DNA of 64,000 nucleotides from an uncultured Candidatus Poseidoniales archaeon (GCA_964577145.1 CAZNXM010000004.1:1747-65746); one strand, 5' to 3'. Counted from the stretch's first letter, positions 8,794 through 19,120 are shown. A program made the numbers and translations. Notes: generated from the sequence alone by a model not told the origin.

Positions 8794-11745
8794 ATGAAGA
8801 CGAGGAGCCTTATTCTCGCCGCGCTCTTTTTGACCTCGGTGGTTCCACTTTCCACCGCAGATGATCCAGTGGGAATTAGCATTCTCACCGATTGGGGAGA
8901 TGACCATGCTTACATAATCACAGGCGATGTGAATCTCTCTGATGTCAATGTCACACATTCACGTGATGGTTCATCTCTTGATATCGGTTTGATTTACGAT
9001 ACTACAGGAGCTGACCTTCGCCTAGAACTCAACTCCACTTTGGAATATGAGGACGTCATTACAGTCTCAGTAGGAGAATTTTCGCGAACAATAACTGTGG
9101 GATTGTGGAGCCAACCTTTGGCAGACCACGAGGTTACAACCACTACGCAATGGACGATGGACCAGCAATGGACAAATGAGTATGGTCAACAGAAATACAT
9201 CTTGACTTTCGATGGCAATGGTTGGCAAGCAAGAGAGGGGAATATCCTCGAAGCTTGGGAAATGGGTGATGGTGCTTTACAAATTACCAGCAATACTGAC
9301 GATGGTGGTATAATCCTAAATTTAATTCTTGAATCGGTTTGGAAGAACGAGACAATTGTAGATGGAATTCTTACCGGGCAGGTTTTCGATGCACGTGGTG
9401 CTGGTACTATCGGTGTCGAAAACAATGGCACAGATGGAGAGGTAACAATCGAGGGTCTAGTGAGTGATGCGTGGATTAATCGTTCTCTAATCAATGGAAT
9501 TGTCGATGAAAAATTCAGACTTGAGGCCAATGGCTCAATCGAGGTATTGAATAACGAAAGCGAAGAAGGAAATTTTTCTTTGACAGGAGTTCTCGCTGTA
9601 TTATTAGTCGAGACTCACGATATCAATGGCACTAGAGTTCTCGACCATCAAGAATTTGAGGCAACTGCAGATCTAGTAATCGAGGATAACGATACTAGAA
9701 TCGATATTTCGCTTGAAGTATTCCAGCAATTAGAGCGCTGGGAAAATGGAGTGATGGTCAATGCCTATAGTAATCTAGAGGGCCATGGCTCATTTGGATT
9801 AACCAGTTCAGATGAAAATTCAAGTGTAAATATCAATGGCACAATTTATGATTTCCACCAAGCCAGTGAAGATGGTTTGACGACAATCGACGACTTCCAT
9901 CTCGATGGAACGATTAGTGGAGATGCATCGGGAACCTTTGGAGTCGTGAGAAATATCGAAGCCGATGGACAACAAGCAAGTTGGAATGGTACAACATATG
10001 ATGTAATCGTCATTCACCAGGAAGATTGGTTCAATCTAACTGGGATTGCTGGACTACCTAATTCTGAGATTGGAGCAGGAGCGCATCACAACGAATCATG
10101 GGATTACATGGTTCCCCAAGAACACTGGGACAATCGTTCTATTCGCACCGTTTGGCAACAAACCGGCAATGACCCAAGTAGCGGCGATGAGGTTCACAAC
10201 AATTCCCCAATAGAGAAGCCACTAGAGCAACCAGATGTTGAAGAAATGCTTGGCGATGTAAATGTAGGGAGAGAGATGGGCTTTGTCCCTCTTGATGCAA
10301 AAGAAGGTGATGTATTCACTCTTGACCACCAAAACGGAATGGCTCTAACAGTAACATGTGGAATTCCAGAAGTTAAACCGATTGATGGTCACATGGTAGA
10401 TACTCTCGCTTGGACGGGAGTATATTCTTCAGGCGTAGATGGTAATGCAAGTGGTAATATCATCGTAGATGGGCCGTTATCTGGACTCAATGTTGAAATT
10501 GAAAGGATAATCATTGCACCATTTGGTGAAGACAACCAAACAGTAATTGTAACTGAGAATAAACAGATAGATCGTGTACTATCACCATCAATAATTTCAA
10601 TTCACGACAATACTCCACCAACGATAGTTAGCGCTACGCTCAGAGAGGGTGTAGTCACAGGTGAAGGTGGGCCAATAGCTCATCTTGAAGTCGTGGTTTC
10701 AGATCCCGATTTCAATGTTGAGAGCGTAACAGCTAACCTCTCTGGAATAGGCGGAGGAGTTGTGGAACTCTCAGATAAGGGGATGCAAGGAGATACAGAA
10801 ATTGGCGACGATATCTGGACCACTCAAGTTGTTGTAATGGGCTTAGAATTAGGAAATATTTCTATCATCATTTCTGCAGATGATACCTTTGAGTCGGCTG
10901 TAAACCTCAATACTACAATAGAAGTGAGAAATCAACCACCACGTCTTGCAGAAATCACAATAGTTCCTCATAAAATTGCACGCGGTGATATGCTCATTAT
11001 CAATGCAGAGGTAATTGATGGTCATGGAGTTGCAAGTGTGCAAATTGATTTACGCGATAAAGGAGGATCGCTCCAAGACCTTGAACGAATTGGTGAATTT
11101 TGGATTGGTGAAGTGGTAATTCCCGATGGAATGTCACCTGGAGACCATCTTCTAAAGGTCAGGATGGAAGATGACCTTGGTTCTTCAATTATCGTTACTA
11201 GAACTAAGTTTTCAGGCCTCCACCATGTCGAACTTTCCGAGGATGAGGATGTAAAGGTAGAGGTGCTAAACACCCCTCCACAAATCGATGTTGGAGAAAC
11301 AAGAGTGATTACTGTTGGCGATGAAGATAAGGTGTATACATTTACTGTAACCATAACCGATCACGATAATCTTGCATCTGCGAAAATAAAACTTGGAGCA
11401 TTCGCACCACCCGGCGATGAAGGCAAATGGCTCGTGTTAGAACCAAATGGCGATGATACATATTCAATCACGGTTTCAATTCGTTCAACTATCGTAATAG
11501 GAACCCACGAAGTTCTGGTTAGAGCCACTGATATCTATGGTGCCCAATCATCTGATGAATCACTAGCAGTAATTATTCAAGAAGAAGACAATTCTGTAAT
11601 CTCTGGTGATGGACCCGATACCAAATTAATTACCTATGCAGCTGTTGGAGGAATGATAATTCTTGCAATTGCTGGGGCTACGATTTACATCCGCCGCGGT
11701 AGTGATGGTGAAGGTGGCGGATTAGGCGGATTCGGTGAAGTCTGA
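8794..11745 (+). CDS. Very large secreted cell-surface protein (~980 aa) with C-terminal transmembrane anchor
   Basis: Signal peptide MKTRSLILAALFLTSVVPLSTADD (ORF opens at 8737). A long acidic, Thr/Asn/Gly-rich extracellular region. C-terminal TM LITYAAVGGMIILAIAGATIYIRRG followed by a Gly-rich tail. Confidence 0.7.
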   Translation: MKTRSLILAALFLTSVVPLSTADDPVGISILTDWGDDHAYIITGDVNLSDVNVTHSRDGSSLDIGLIYDTTGADLRLELNSTLEYEDVITVSVGEFSRTITVGLWSQPLADHEVTTTTQWTMDQQWTNEYGQQKYILTFDGNGWQAREGNILEAWEMGDGALQITSNTDDGGIILNLILESVWKNETIVDGILTGQVFDARGAGTIGVENNGTDGEVTIEGLVSDAWINRSLINGIVDEKFRLEANGSIEVLNNESEEGNFSLTGVLAVLLVETHDINGTRVLDHQEFEATADLVIEDNDTRIDISLEVFQQLERWENGVMVNAYSNLEGHGSFGLTSSDENSSVNINGTIYDFHQASEDGLTTIDDFHLDGTISGDASGTFGVVRNIEADGQQASWNGTTYDVIVIHQEDWFNLTGIAGLPNSEIGAGAHHNESWDYMVPQEHWDNRSIRTVWQQTGNDPSSGDEVHNNSPIEKPLEQPDVEEMLGDVNVGREMGFVPLDAKEGDVFTLDHQNGMALTVTCGIPEVKPIDGHMVDTLAWTGVYSSGVDGNASGNIIVDGPLSGLNVEIERIIIAPFGEDNQTVIVTENKQIDRVLSPSIISIHDNTPPTIVSATLREGVVTGEGGPIAHLEVVVSDPDFNVESVTANLSGIGGGVVELSDKGMQGDTEIGDDIWTTQVVVMGLELGNISIIISADDTFESAVNLNTTIEVRNQPPRLAEITIVPHKIARGDMLIINAEVIDGHGVASVQIDLRDKGGSLQDLERIGEFWIGEVVIPDGMSPGDHLLKVRMEDDLGSSIIVTRTKFSGLHHVELSEDEDVKVEVLNTPPQIDVGETRVITVGDEDKVYTFTVTITDHDNLASAKIKLGAFAPPGDEGKWLVLEPNGDDTYSITVSIRSTIVIGTHEVLVRATDIYGAQSSDESLAVIIQEEDNSVISGDGPDTKLITYAAVGGMIILAIAGATIYIRRGSDGEGGGLGGFGEV

Positions 11746-11817
11746 AGTTTCATAACTCAAGTTGAAGATAGTACTTGCAGGCGTGGTATTTATCCACTGT
11801 ACAATTGTGGGAAATTT

Positions 11818-13488
11818 ATGCGGATAGGACCTATCCATATTCCGTTTACAAAAAAGGTTGATACTCCTTTCATATGGCTGAATAATCCAGATGCCATCAA
11901 AGTCGATGCAATGCCATCGAAGATTTCTTTCACTCCTGACCGGCCCTTTTCTATTGTTGGTTCCATTTTCACTATGGGATTCATTATTTTTGGACTAATA
12001 TTAGCGGGCATCCCTATAGGAATTATTGCAGCAGAAACCATTTACCCAATGCTCGATGAGGATAGTGATGAACCATGCTGGCCAGACCAAGATTCCGCGA
12101 TAATATTGTCAGACGGAATGGTATATTGTGACTTGGGGGGGTCGACTGAGGAATACACCGATTATCAGATTGCAGATGGCCATTACAGAATGACGATGTA
12201 TGGAGAAGAAGTCTACGAATACAGATGGTCAGAAGAAAATGGCACAATCACCTATGCATGGTTAGATGGAGATTACAATTACTATGAATGCTGGCAATAC
12301 ATTAGAGCCTCAGCCTTGCCAGAGAACTTTACAGGCGATGACCTCATTGTGAAATATGGCACAGAGGATGAATCTTATCCAGAATGGTGCAACGAGAGTC
12401 CGGATAATTCTAATATCGTGTATAGCGATACCAATTCAACCCCATTTGATGGTGAGTTATTGTACAATATTTATCCCAGTGACATGGCATATAGCATTGA
12501 AACAACTCAATTCATGGATGAAGGCAATATCCGTCACACATATCACGAGTTGGATTGGGACAATCAGATTTATTTTGAAGAAGTAGCTTTTCTTTCAATC
12601 TTTATGTTCGTTGGATTAGCAATAATGTTGGCCCCCCTGCTCACAAGAAAACGGATTTTAACCTTCGATACTATTGCCAACCAAGTGACTGAAGAATTCG
12701 CCAAATGGCCTAGGTTCGGCACCCACCGTGCAACAATACAGACGCCTCTGTCTGTGGACATTGTAAGAAATACTAGGGAAGTTCATCATAGTGAGAGTGG
12801 AGATGAACATTCTTCAGGAAGGACATGGACTACCTATCATGATGGAATCGACATCACTGTCGATTTAGTTGGCCAAGGTCCACAACCAGTCCTCTTCTTG
12901 GAGGGTAATGATGCAAGAAAGGAATACGAATCGATTCTTGGTCAACTATTCTTTGTATTGGGGCTCGATCTTTCTTCAGCAGAAGAGGCGATAGATAGCA
13001 CTGAAGAATTTGAAGAAGAAGCAATTTTGGGAGAACCTCGTCAAATAGAGTCGAAAGAAAACTTCCCTGGAATCATATTTATCGGAGGAGATGTGCCATA
13101 TACAGTTGGCCAAACTATTGCATATACTGCCGCTTGGATTCTAGGTATCTGGGTCATTTCAGGACTTGGTTACACCTTCCTTTCACCATTCTGTGGATTA
13201 GCAGCTTTAGTGACCATCTTACAATTCCGAGGGATAATGAAGACATTACGAGGGGAATCGATAATGGTAAAAAATGGTGAAACTATGACTTTCAGGGATA
13301 CAAAGGACCCCACTCGGTATGATGGAAAGATGGCCGAGATGATAGATGGCCTTGAACAGGCGGATTCTAAGTTTGAAGAAGCCACTACTGTGAAAATGGA
13401 TTGGATGCCATTTGAGAATCTGAAGATGGTTAGGCTTGGTCCGATTATCGGTGGAATAATCGCTCTTGTAATCTTCGTCTTATGGTGA
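11818..13488 (+). CDS. Polytopic membrane protein, function unknown
   Basis: 556 aa with several hydrophobic helices (FIIFGLILAGIPIGIIAA, IFMFVGLAIMLAPLL, AAWILGIWVISGLGYTFL, IIGGIIALVIFVLW). It lies directly downstream of the large surface protein. Confidence 0.5.
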   Translation: MRIGPIHIPFTKKVDTPFIWLNNPDAIKVDAMPSKISFTPDRPFSIVGSIFTMGFIIFGLILAGIPIGIIAAETIYPMLDEDSDEPCWPDQDSAIILSDGMVYCDLGGSTEEYTDYQIADGHYRMTMYGEEVYEYRWSEENGTITYAWLDGDYNYYECWQYIRASALPENFTGDDLIVKYGTEDESYPEWCNESPDNSNIVYSDTNSTPFDGELLYNIYPSDMAYSIETTQFMDEGNIRHTYHELDWDNQIYFEEVAFLSIFMFVGLAIMLAPLLTRKRILTFDTIANQVTEEFAKWPRFGTHRATIQTPLSVDIVRNTREVHHSESGDEHSSGRTWTTYHDGIDITVDLVGQGPQPVLFLEGNDARKEYESILGQLFFVLGLDLSSAEEAIDSTEEFEEEAILGEPRQIESKENFPGIIFIGGDVPYTVGQTIAYTAAWILGIWVISGLGYTFLSPFCGLAALVTILQFRGIMKTLRGESIMVKNGETMTFRDTKDPTRYDGKMAEMIDGLEQADSKFEEATTVKMDWMPFENLKMVRLGPIIGGIIALVIFVLW

Positions 13489-13520
13489 ATTTACTTGATT
13501 CAAATTTGGAATCTATTGGA

Positions 13521-13880
13521 TTAGAAGGTCAGGACCTTTTCGCTGGTCCTTACCCACTCTGAACACTCGGCCATTGTTGAGAATTGGGCTTGCTCGTAAT
13601 ACGGCTGGCCTTTGGCAATTCCACACCTTTGTTGACATGTTCCGCAGACCTTTACCGGCACACCGTTGGCGATCAAATCCTTGGTCATCTGTACCATATC
13701 ATCCACACCAGGTGGTGGCTCAATTCCATCTCTAGCAAGGTCCACTGAATCGTTCATGAGAAAAATTCGTACCTCTTCACCATCAGAATTCAATTGACGA
13801 GCCAATCTTAGTGCATTCCAAGTTACATCAGTTCCATCATATGGTTGGTGGTTTAGGATAATCAGTATTGCCATGTACAA
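13521..13880 (-). CDS. DsrE/DsrF-like family protein
   Basis: 119 aa with a DsrE/DsrF-like layout (MAILIILNHQPYDG...VRIFLMNDSVDLARDG...VKVCGTC). Confidence 0.55.
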   Translation of the reverse strand: MYMAILIILNHQPYDGTDVTWNALRLARQLNSDGEEVRIFLMNDSVDLARDGIEPPPGVDDMVQMTKDLIANGVPVKVCGTCQQRCGIAKGQPYYEQAQFSTMAECSEWVRTSEKVLTF

Positions 13881-13967
13881 CGGTCAGAGGCCAATTATTT
13901 CAACCATCCGAAACAATTTCACGCCTCTGTTCTACTACATAGAAAATTGACAACAACGTAGAACAGA

Positions 13968-13982
13968 GTGCGAGAGCCGGGA
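13968..13982 (-). repeat. 15-bp direct repeat copying the 3' end of the adjacent tRNA-Gly (tgcgagagccgggac)
   Basis: An identical 15-mer occurs at 13968-13982 and at 14049-14063 (the tRNA acceptor/T-stem end), 66 bp apart. It could be an att-site remnant. Confidence 0.4.
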
Positions 13983-14048
13983 CCCGTAGGTTGGGATGTG
14001 CGAAGCGAAGGAACCGAGGGTAAGGCTAACGCATTGAGCGAAGGGAGA

Positions 14049-14120
14049 TGCGAGAGCCGGGACTCGAACCCGGGTTCAAGCGTTGGCAACGCTCGGTGAT
14101 AACCACTACACCACTCTCGC
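14049..14120 (-). tRNA. tRNA-Gly (anticodon GCC)
   Basis: The minus-strand sequence GCGAGAGUGGUGUAGUGGUUAUCACCGAGCGUUGCCAACGCUUGAACCCGGGUUCGAGUCCCGGCUCUCGCA folds as a cloverleaf: 7-bp acceptor stem, U8, D-loop with GG, anticodon loop UUGCCAA, T-stem CCGGG/CCCGG with loop UUCGAGU, discriminator A. No encoded CCA. Confidence 0.8.
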
Positions 14121-14201
14121 AAGTGCAACCATCGGATTGGACGGGGGTATAAACCGTTGTCGATGTAGCAGAATAGGTTCAAAGTTGGGAGTCTCAAATG
14201 G

Positions 14202-14567
14202 TTAAAGTGACTCAAGTCCTCTAATCTTATCTTCAATAATCGAAGCACATTTCTCGAATACCTCAAGTGTTTGACCAAATGGGTCTTCGATTCCCCAATC
14301 TTGGTCGATTCGAATTGCGGGACAATCTACTCCACATCCCATTGAAATTACCATTTCAAAGGATTGCCAATCGATGCTGTTGACCTGCTTTGGGCTCAGT
14401 CCCTCTGTGCTAAATCCTCTTTTCTCAAGTGCTTTCAGAGCATTCAAACTGACATTGGATTCGGGATGGGTTCCTGCCGAGGATGCTTCATGTCCTAAAC
14501 CGCGAGCAATAGCTTCAGCCATTTGAGACCTGCAGGAGTTACCAACACATACGAAGAGGAGGCGCAC
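14202..14567 (-). CDS. Low-molecular-weight protein tyrosine phosphatase / ArsC-type arsenate reductase family protein
   Basis: CX5R P-loop VCVGNSCRSQMAEA near the N-terminus. The ORF extends to 14672, but the conserved domain begins near a GTG; the start is uncertain. Confidence 0.7.
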   Translation of the reverse strand: MRLLFVCVGNSCRSQMAEAIARGLGHEASSAGTHPESNVSLNALKALEKRGFSTEGLSPKQVNSIDWQSFEMVISMGCGVDCPAIRIDQDWGIEDPFGQTLEVFEKCASIIEDKIRGLESL

Positions 14568-14596
14568 GTAAGTGCGGTGATGCTTCTTGTCTATGA

Positions 14597-14959
14597 ATGA
14601 TGACTTTGTGGACTCGAATAATGTGGAAGCCAATTCTATGGTATGCGGCGATATATTCTGCATTTTTTGCAATTCATATTATTGCTGCAGCAAATGACTT
14701 AGATATGCTGTTCAAGATTGTTGCAATCATCATTACTGGTCAAACAATGTTGGCTGGATTATGTATTCATTTTCTAAATGGGGATGTGAGACACACACGA
14801 ATACCAGTAGTGTTTTTGGCAGCAGGACTTGGATGGGCATATGCAGGCATGAATGAGAGTTGGACAATTGCATTATGGGTATTAGGGGCGGTATTTTTGC
14901 AAATTGGAACTGAAAAAGGATTGAAGTACAGTGCGCCCGCCGAGTCAATCAATGTCTGA
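14597..14959 (+). CDS. Small hydrophobic membrane protein, unknown function
   Basis: 120 aa with 3-4 predicted TM helices. Confidence 0.4.
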   Translation: MMTLWTRIMWKPILWYAAIYSAFFAIHIIAAANDLDMLFKIVAIIITGQTMLAGLCIHFLNGDVRHTRIPVVFLAAGLGWAYAGMNESWTIALWVLGAVFLQIGTEKGLKYSAPAESINV

Positions 14960-15956
14960 CTCTCCTGTCAAGGTAAATACTCCTGGTGCAGCTCCAGCAG
15001 AGCCATCTCCTGAAGACCAGAAGAAGATGGAGCAAGCCTACAACCAGATGAAAAGAAAGATGTCTATTGCTGAGATGGGTAAATCGATCAAACACAAGTT
15101 GATGGTATTATCTGGAAAGGGCGGAGTCGGAAAATCCACTGTGGCTACAGGGCTTGCTCTTTCATTGGCTCAGCAGGGCCTCAAAGTTGGATTATTGGAT
15201 ATCGATATCACAGGTCCGAACGTACCTAAAATGATGGGTCTGAGTAATCACAGGTTACATGTTGAGGCAGGTAGGATTCATCCAGCGGTAGGACATCTTG
15301 GTGTGAAAGTAATCTCGATGGCTTTCTTGCTTGAGGATGAGGATACTCCTGTTGTCTGGCGTGGCCCTATCAAACTGGGAGCAATCCAGCAATTCATCGG
15401 AGATGTAGAATGGGGCGAACTCGATTATCTAGTAATTGACTTCCCACCCGGTACAAGCGATGAACCCCTTACGGTAGCACAAAACTTGCCAGATATCGAT
15501 GGAATGGTCATCGTTACTACTCCGCAATCAGTAGCCCTTCTTGACTCACGCAAGTCGATAACATTCGCAAAGTCCCTCAAGGTTCCAGTTACAGGAGTTA
15601 TCGAAAATATGAGCGGATATACTGTGCGCGGTAAAGCAGCAGCAGATTCCGAAATAGAGGTTGCAGGTCCTGGAGGTATTACGATTCCAGTCCAAGTTGA
15701 CTCAAATGGCGATTGGCATGTTACATTGGATATTTTCAAATCTGGAGGCGGGCAGAAAACCGCTGAGGAATTCGGAGTACCATTCCTTGGAAAGGTACCA
15801 TTCGACCCCGGTTTCGTACGTGGTGGAGACGATGGAGTTCACCGTATTGTTTCCGATCCCGATGGTTTGTCTTCAATTGCATTTGCAAATGTTGTTTCCA
15901 GCATACAGAGTGAGGTAGAAGGAGCATCATCATCTTCTACACTCGAAATAATCTGA
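14952..15956 (+). CDS. apbC: Mrp/NBP35 (ApbC) family iron-sulfur cluster carrier ATPase
   Basis: Deviant Walker [12 protein letters not shown] and MinD/Mrp-like architecture. A C-terminal extension is present. Confidence 0.85.
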   Translation: MSDSPVKVNTPGAAPAEPSPEDQKKMEQAYNQMKRKMSIAEMGKSIKHKLMVLSGKGGVGKSTVATGLALSLAQQGLKVGLLDIDITGPNVPKMMGLSNHRLHVEAGRIHPAVGHLGVKVISMAFLLEDEDTPVVWRGPIKLGAIQQFIGDVEWGELDYLVIDFPPGTSDEPLTVAQNLPDIDGMVIVTTPQSVALLDSRKSITFAKSLKVPVTGVIENMSGYTVRGKAAADSEIEVAGPGGITIPVQVDSNGDWHVTLDIFKSGGGQKTAEEFGVPFLGKVPFDPGFVRGGDDGVHRIVSDPDGLSSIAFANVVSSIQSEVEGASSSSTLEII

Positions 15957-15965
15957 GGGACGCAT

Positions 15966-16313
15966 ATGGCAATTCCCACTTTGACACGACTCGAGCGCAG
16001 AGATGTAGACATGCATCTCACATGGGATGATGGAACTATTCACGAAATACGCTACGATGATTTGCGCCATGCTTGTCCATGTGCAAATTGCTCTCCTCAA
16101 CGAAATTCTGATGACTCTTCCTTTGTGTTGAGACAATCCGTTGATGCATTACTTGCAGAAAAGCCAACTGTTCGACCTACAGGGAATTACGCGTTGACCT
16201 TTGAATGGACAACGGGATGCTCTTCGGGGATTTATCGCTTTGAGCGAATTTGGCGAATTGGACAGAATGAGGACCCCGACCAAGGCAAGCAGTATGTTCA
16301 CGGTGCATGGTGA
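15966..16313 (+). CDS. DUF971 family protein (commonly partnered with Mrp/NBP35)
   Basis: 115 aa. The CPC...C cysteine pattern (HACPCANCSP) and its position immediately downstream of Mrp are typical of DUF971. Confidence 0.55.
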   Translation: MAIPTLTRLERRDVDMHLTWDDGTIHEIRYDDLRHACPCANCSPQRNSDDSSFVLRQSVDALLAEKPTVRPTGNYALTFEWTTGCSSGIYRFERIWRIGQNEDPDQGKQYVHGAW

Positions 16314-16331
16314 AACGCCCTTTAGGGCGTT
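16314..16331 (+). terminator. GC-rich hairpin immediately after the DUF971 stop (aaacgccc-ttta-gggcgtt)
   Basis: Perfect 7-bp inverted repeat starting 1 nt after the TGA stop. Confidence 0.4.
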
Positions 16332-16388
16332 GTCGAAGGGACAAGCCACATGAATACGGTTTAATCACGCTATGTTGGAGGGATTTGA

Positions 16389-18455
16389 TTGGACGGCGTT
16401 TATCTGACCTGGTTAATCAGTGCCCTAACCATTGGCGTTTTGCTAATGCCGCTGATAAAACCACCATGGGCAACCATCACACTGCACGGCTTTATCGACT
16501 TCCTCCGTCGTTATTGGATGCACATAGCAATCGTTCTATTCATTTACAATGCAAAGGATTTCTTGGACGAAATAGATAGATTGCTAATGGCAAATACTGG
16601 CTTGGATATGACTCCATGGATATATGCTATTGAAGGGGACATGGTATTGTGGGTGCAGCAGACCTTTGAAGCTCAATGGCTTACCACTTTCCTCACTCAC
16701 TTTTACGTTGTTGGGTTCATGGTAATCTGTTATGTTTCAATCTTCTATTTCGCATATTTCGACGACCGTTGGATGGCTGACCGGATTTCATTAACCATAT
16801 TTTGGGTCTACATAATAGCGATTCCATTCTATCTATTTTTCAATGTCCGCGTCACCGGAGATCATATTCCAGAAATGGAAACCCTCGCATATAATTTAAC
16901 ACCTGAAATCAATGATTGGTTCACACGAATAGACCCGTTCACAAACGGTATGCCGAGTCTTCACATTGGTTTTCCCTTTGCAGTGTGGTTATGCTTGTTA
17001 CGCCATGATGCCGATGGACGTTGGATTGTTTATCGACGTCTAGTCTTTGGATATTTCATGCTCACAGCATTCTGTATCCTATACCTAGGAATACATTGGT
17101 TCCTCGATATTGTTGGAGGAATGGCGGTTGCTGCGATGGCAGTCAATTTATCTGATCGTACTTCAGGTCCGATTTGGCGTATACTCGATGAAAGGACAAT
17201 CAATGCACGTCTTGCTACAGTTTTGACGAACCCTAAGAGGGCGTGGAACATTATTTCGGCACAGGTGAAGGGTACACTAAATCGATATTCACGGCCTAGT
17301 AGTAATGAAACCGGAGTGATGATAACAGTTGTAATCATTTTAGTTGCTGGAATTATTACTTGGGACCTTACCCATCAAACACTACCTGCAGGTGGAGTTG
17401 AAGCGCCAGTAGAAGTAACCGCAGCTGATGGATGGCTCGTTACCCTTGACGATAGGGAAACAGGAGCATTAGTAGTGGTTCATAATCTATCAGATTTGGA
17501 ACTTGAAATCGCAGTTGCGCAGCCAATAATGGATGAAAATTCGTCATATGATGTTAGTGGGAATTACTTGGTAATGTCAAATTCAACGGTTCTGTACGTA
17601 ATTGATATTCTCGACCCGGGTACGATTATTTTGCAAAAGGAAGTGTACCAACTGAACAATGTGGTAATGCTTCCAAGAGGGACCTTCGCGTTATTTGATG
17701 CTGATGGCTTGTCATATTGGGACCTTGATGGCCTTGAGGTTTCAGGGCCAAATGTTCCAGAGGGTGACGAGATAAAATTATTCGAGTCATCGGGAGATGA
17801 AATTGCAATGGTATTTGCAAGCAATCCAAATGAAGTGAATATTGGAATGATGGGTGCTGAAGGTTTGATTTCAATCCAACTCAATGTTACTGCTCCTGAA
17901 TTGGAAGACCTTGTGTTAGAAGAGCAATGGGGCTTGGTTGTTGATGAAGAAAATGCTTCGATAGTTGATCTTAGTTTCAATAGGGACTATCTTGCTGCCA
18001 CAGTAAATGTCACTGCTACAACACGACTAGTATTACTCGACCGCTCTACGGGCGATTCATTCATGCCAAGCGACCCCAAATACCCTACTTTTGACCCAGA
18101 TGTCGGACATGGCATATTGGTGTGGGCATCTCAGCAGCACCTCAATCCAACAAATCCCCAAGATAAGTACCTCGATAGAGAGATTCTATTGCTGGATTTA
18201 GAAACTAATCATACTGAGGTATTGACTGCTGACGAAGAAGACCAATGGGGTCCAATGGCGCTTGAGAACCATATCGTATATCGCCAAGAAGATGCAGATG
18301 GAGTACTCAGCGTTGAAATCCATCAGCGCGAAGCAACTCTCAAACCATATGCTTCTAGCACATTGCAGATTGGAGTAATCATTGCAATCAGTTTGCTCCT
18401 AATCCATTTGATGCAACGTCAAATGGAAACAAAGGGCAAGAATCAGCCGCCGTGA
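16389..18455 (+). CDS. Membrane protein: N-terminal PAP2-like polytopic domain + large extracytoplasmic domain + C-terminal TM
   Basis: N-terminal six-helix region with PAP2-like motifs (NGMPSLHIG; YLGIHWFLDIVGG). About 350 aa of acidic extracellular sequence. C-terminal TM IGVIIAISLLLIHL. Confidence 0.45.
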   Translation: MDGVYLTWLISALTIGVLLMPLIKPPWATITLHGFIDFLRRYWMHIAIVLFIYNAKDFLDEIDRLLMANTGLDMTPWIYAIEGDMVLWVQQTFEAQWLTTFLTHFYVVGFMVICYVSIFYFAYFDDRWMADRISLTIFWVYIIAIPFYLFFNVRVTGDHIPEMETLAYNLTPEINDWFTRIDPFTNGMPSLHIGFPFAVWLCLLRHDADGRWIVYRRLVFGYFMLTAFCILYLGIHWFLDIVGGMAVAAMAVNLSDRTSGPIWRILDERTINARLATVLTNPKRAWNIISAQVKGTLNRYSRPSSNETGVMITVVIILVAGIITWDLTHQTLPAGGVEAPVEVTAADGWLVTLDDRETGALVVVHNLSDLELEIAVAQPIMDENSSYDVSGNYLVMSNSTVLYVIDILDPGTIILQKEVYQLNNVVMLPRGTFALFDADGLSYWDLDGLEVSGPNVPEGDEIKLFESSGDEIAMVFASNPNEVNIGMMGAEGLISIQLNVTAPELEDLVLEEQWGLVVDEENASIVDLSFNRDYLAATVNVTATTRLVLLDRSTGDSFMPSDPKYPTFDPDVGHGILVWASQQHLNPTNPQDKYLDREILLLDLETNHTEVLTADEEDQWGPMALENHIVYRQEDADGVLSVEIHQREATLKPYASSTLQIGVIIAISLLLIHLMQRQMETKGKNQPP

Positions 18456-19120
18456 TATCGCACTCGCGTTTTAATTTCGTCAAGTCGTTTGAGGATGTCC
18501 TTGGCCGACGGGACTTCACCGCCTGGGGCTTTTGGAGCGGGCCCTAATTTTTCATCAAGGGATGAATAACCGTCCAATACCATTTCCATTGCACCTTTTA
18601 CATCAGGATGTGAGGCACCGAGAATTTCGTGTAGTACATGTAAATCAATACCGTATCCCTCGAGTTCATATTCCATATTTGCAAGCCCGAGGTCGATTAG
18701 ACGTGATTCTCCGCTAGGAGTAATTAGAATGTTATTGGTCGAGAGGTCGCCGTGAGTTACTCCGTTGCGATGGAGAGAACGAATCGCTGCACCAACACCA
18801 TGCAATAGGCTATCACTAGCCCCTCCTTCTTGGAGCACATCTATCAGTTGTCGACTTTCAATGTATGCCATGATGATACGGCCCTCTTCAAAGTCAACAT
18901 CCCAAATTGGAGGAATAGGCACTCCTTTTGCATGAAGCCAAATCATTAGTTTGACCTCATTAGTCATTCTTCGACGAGTCAAAGTACGGTCTAGGTCAGG
19001 GTGCCGCCAAGTGCGTGGTCGGCGTGTTTTTTGGACTGCTGGTCTGCCATGCCAAGTGCCTGAAACCACCTCGGCTTCGGCACCGAGATGCATGATTTCG
19101 CCTGCAACCCACGCCGCCAT
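18443..19120 (-). CDS. bud32: Bud32/Kae1-associated Ser/Thr protein kinase (KEOPS subunit)
   Basis: Small atypical kinase: HLGAEAEV glycine-loop region, VQKTRRPRTWRHPDLDRTL, catalytic HGDLSTNNILI, DLGLA. The ORF extends to 19213; start chosen at an internal Met. Confidence 0.75.
   Translation of the reverse strand: MAAWVAGEIMHLGAEAEVVSGTWHGRPAVQKTRRPRTWRHPDLDRTLTRRRMTNEVKLMIWLHAKGVPIPPIWDVDFEEGRIIMAYIESRQLIDVLQEGGASDSLLHGVGAAIRSLHRNGVTHGDLSTNNILITPSGESRLIDLGLANMEYELEGYGIDLHVLHEILGASHPDVKGAMEMVLDGYSSLDEKLGPAPKAPGGEVPSAKDILKRLDEIKTRVRYHGG

Noticed and set aside
13968-13990. Possible second tRNA gene or split tRNA half next to tRNA-Gly
   Set aside because: Only the acceptor/T-stem 15-mer is duplicated. 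There is no T-loop (GTTCGAATC-like), no D or anticodon arm, and no cloverleaf can be drawn. It is treated as a direct-repeat remnant instead.
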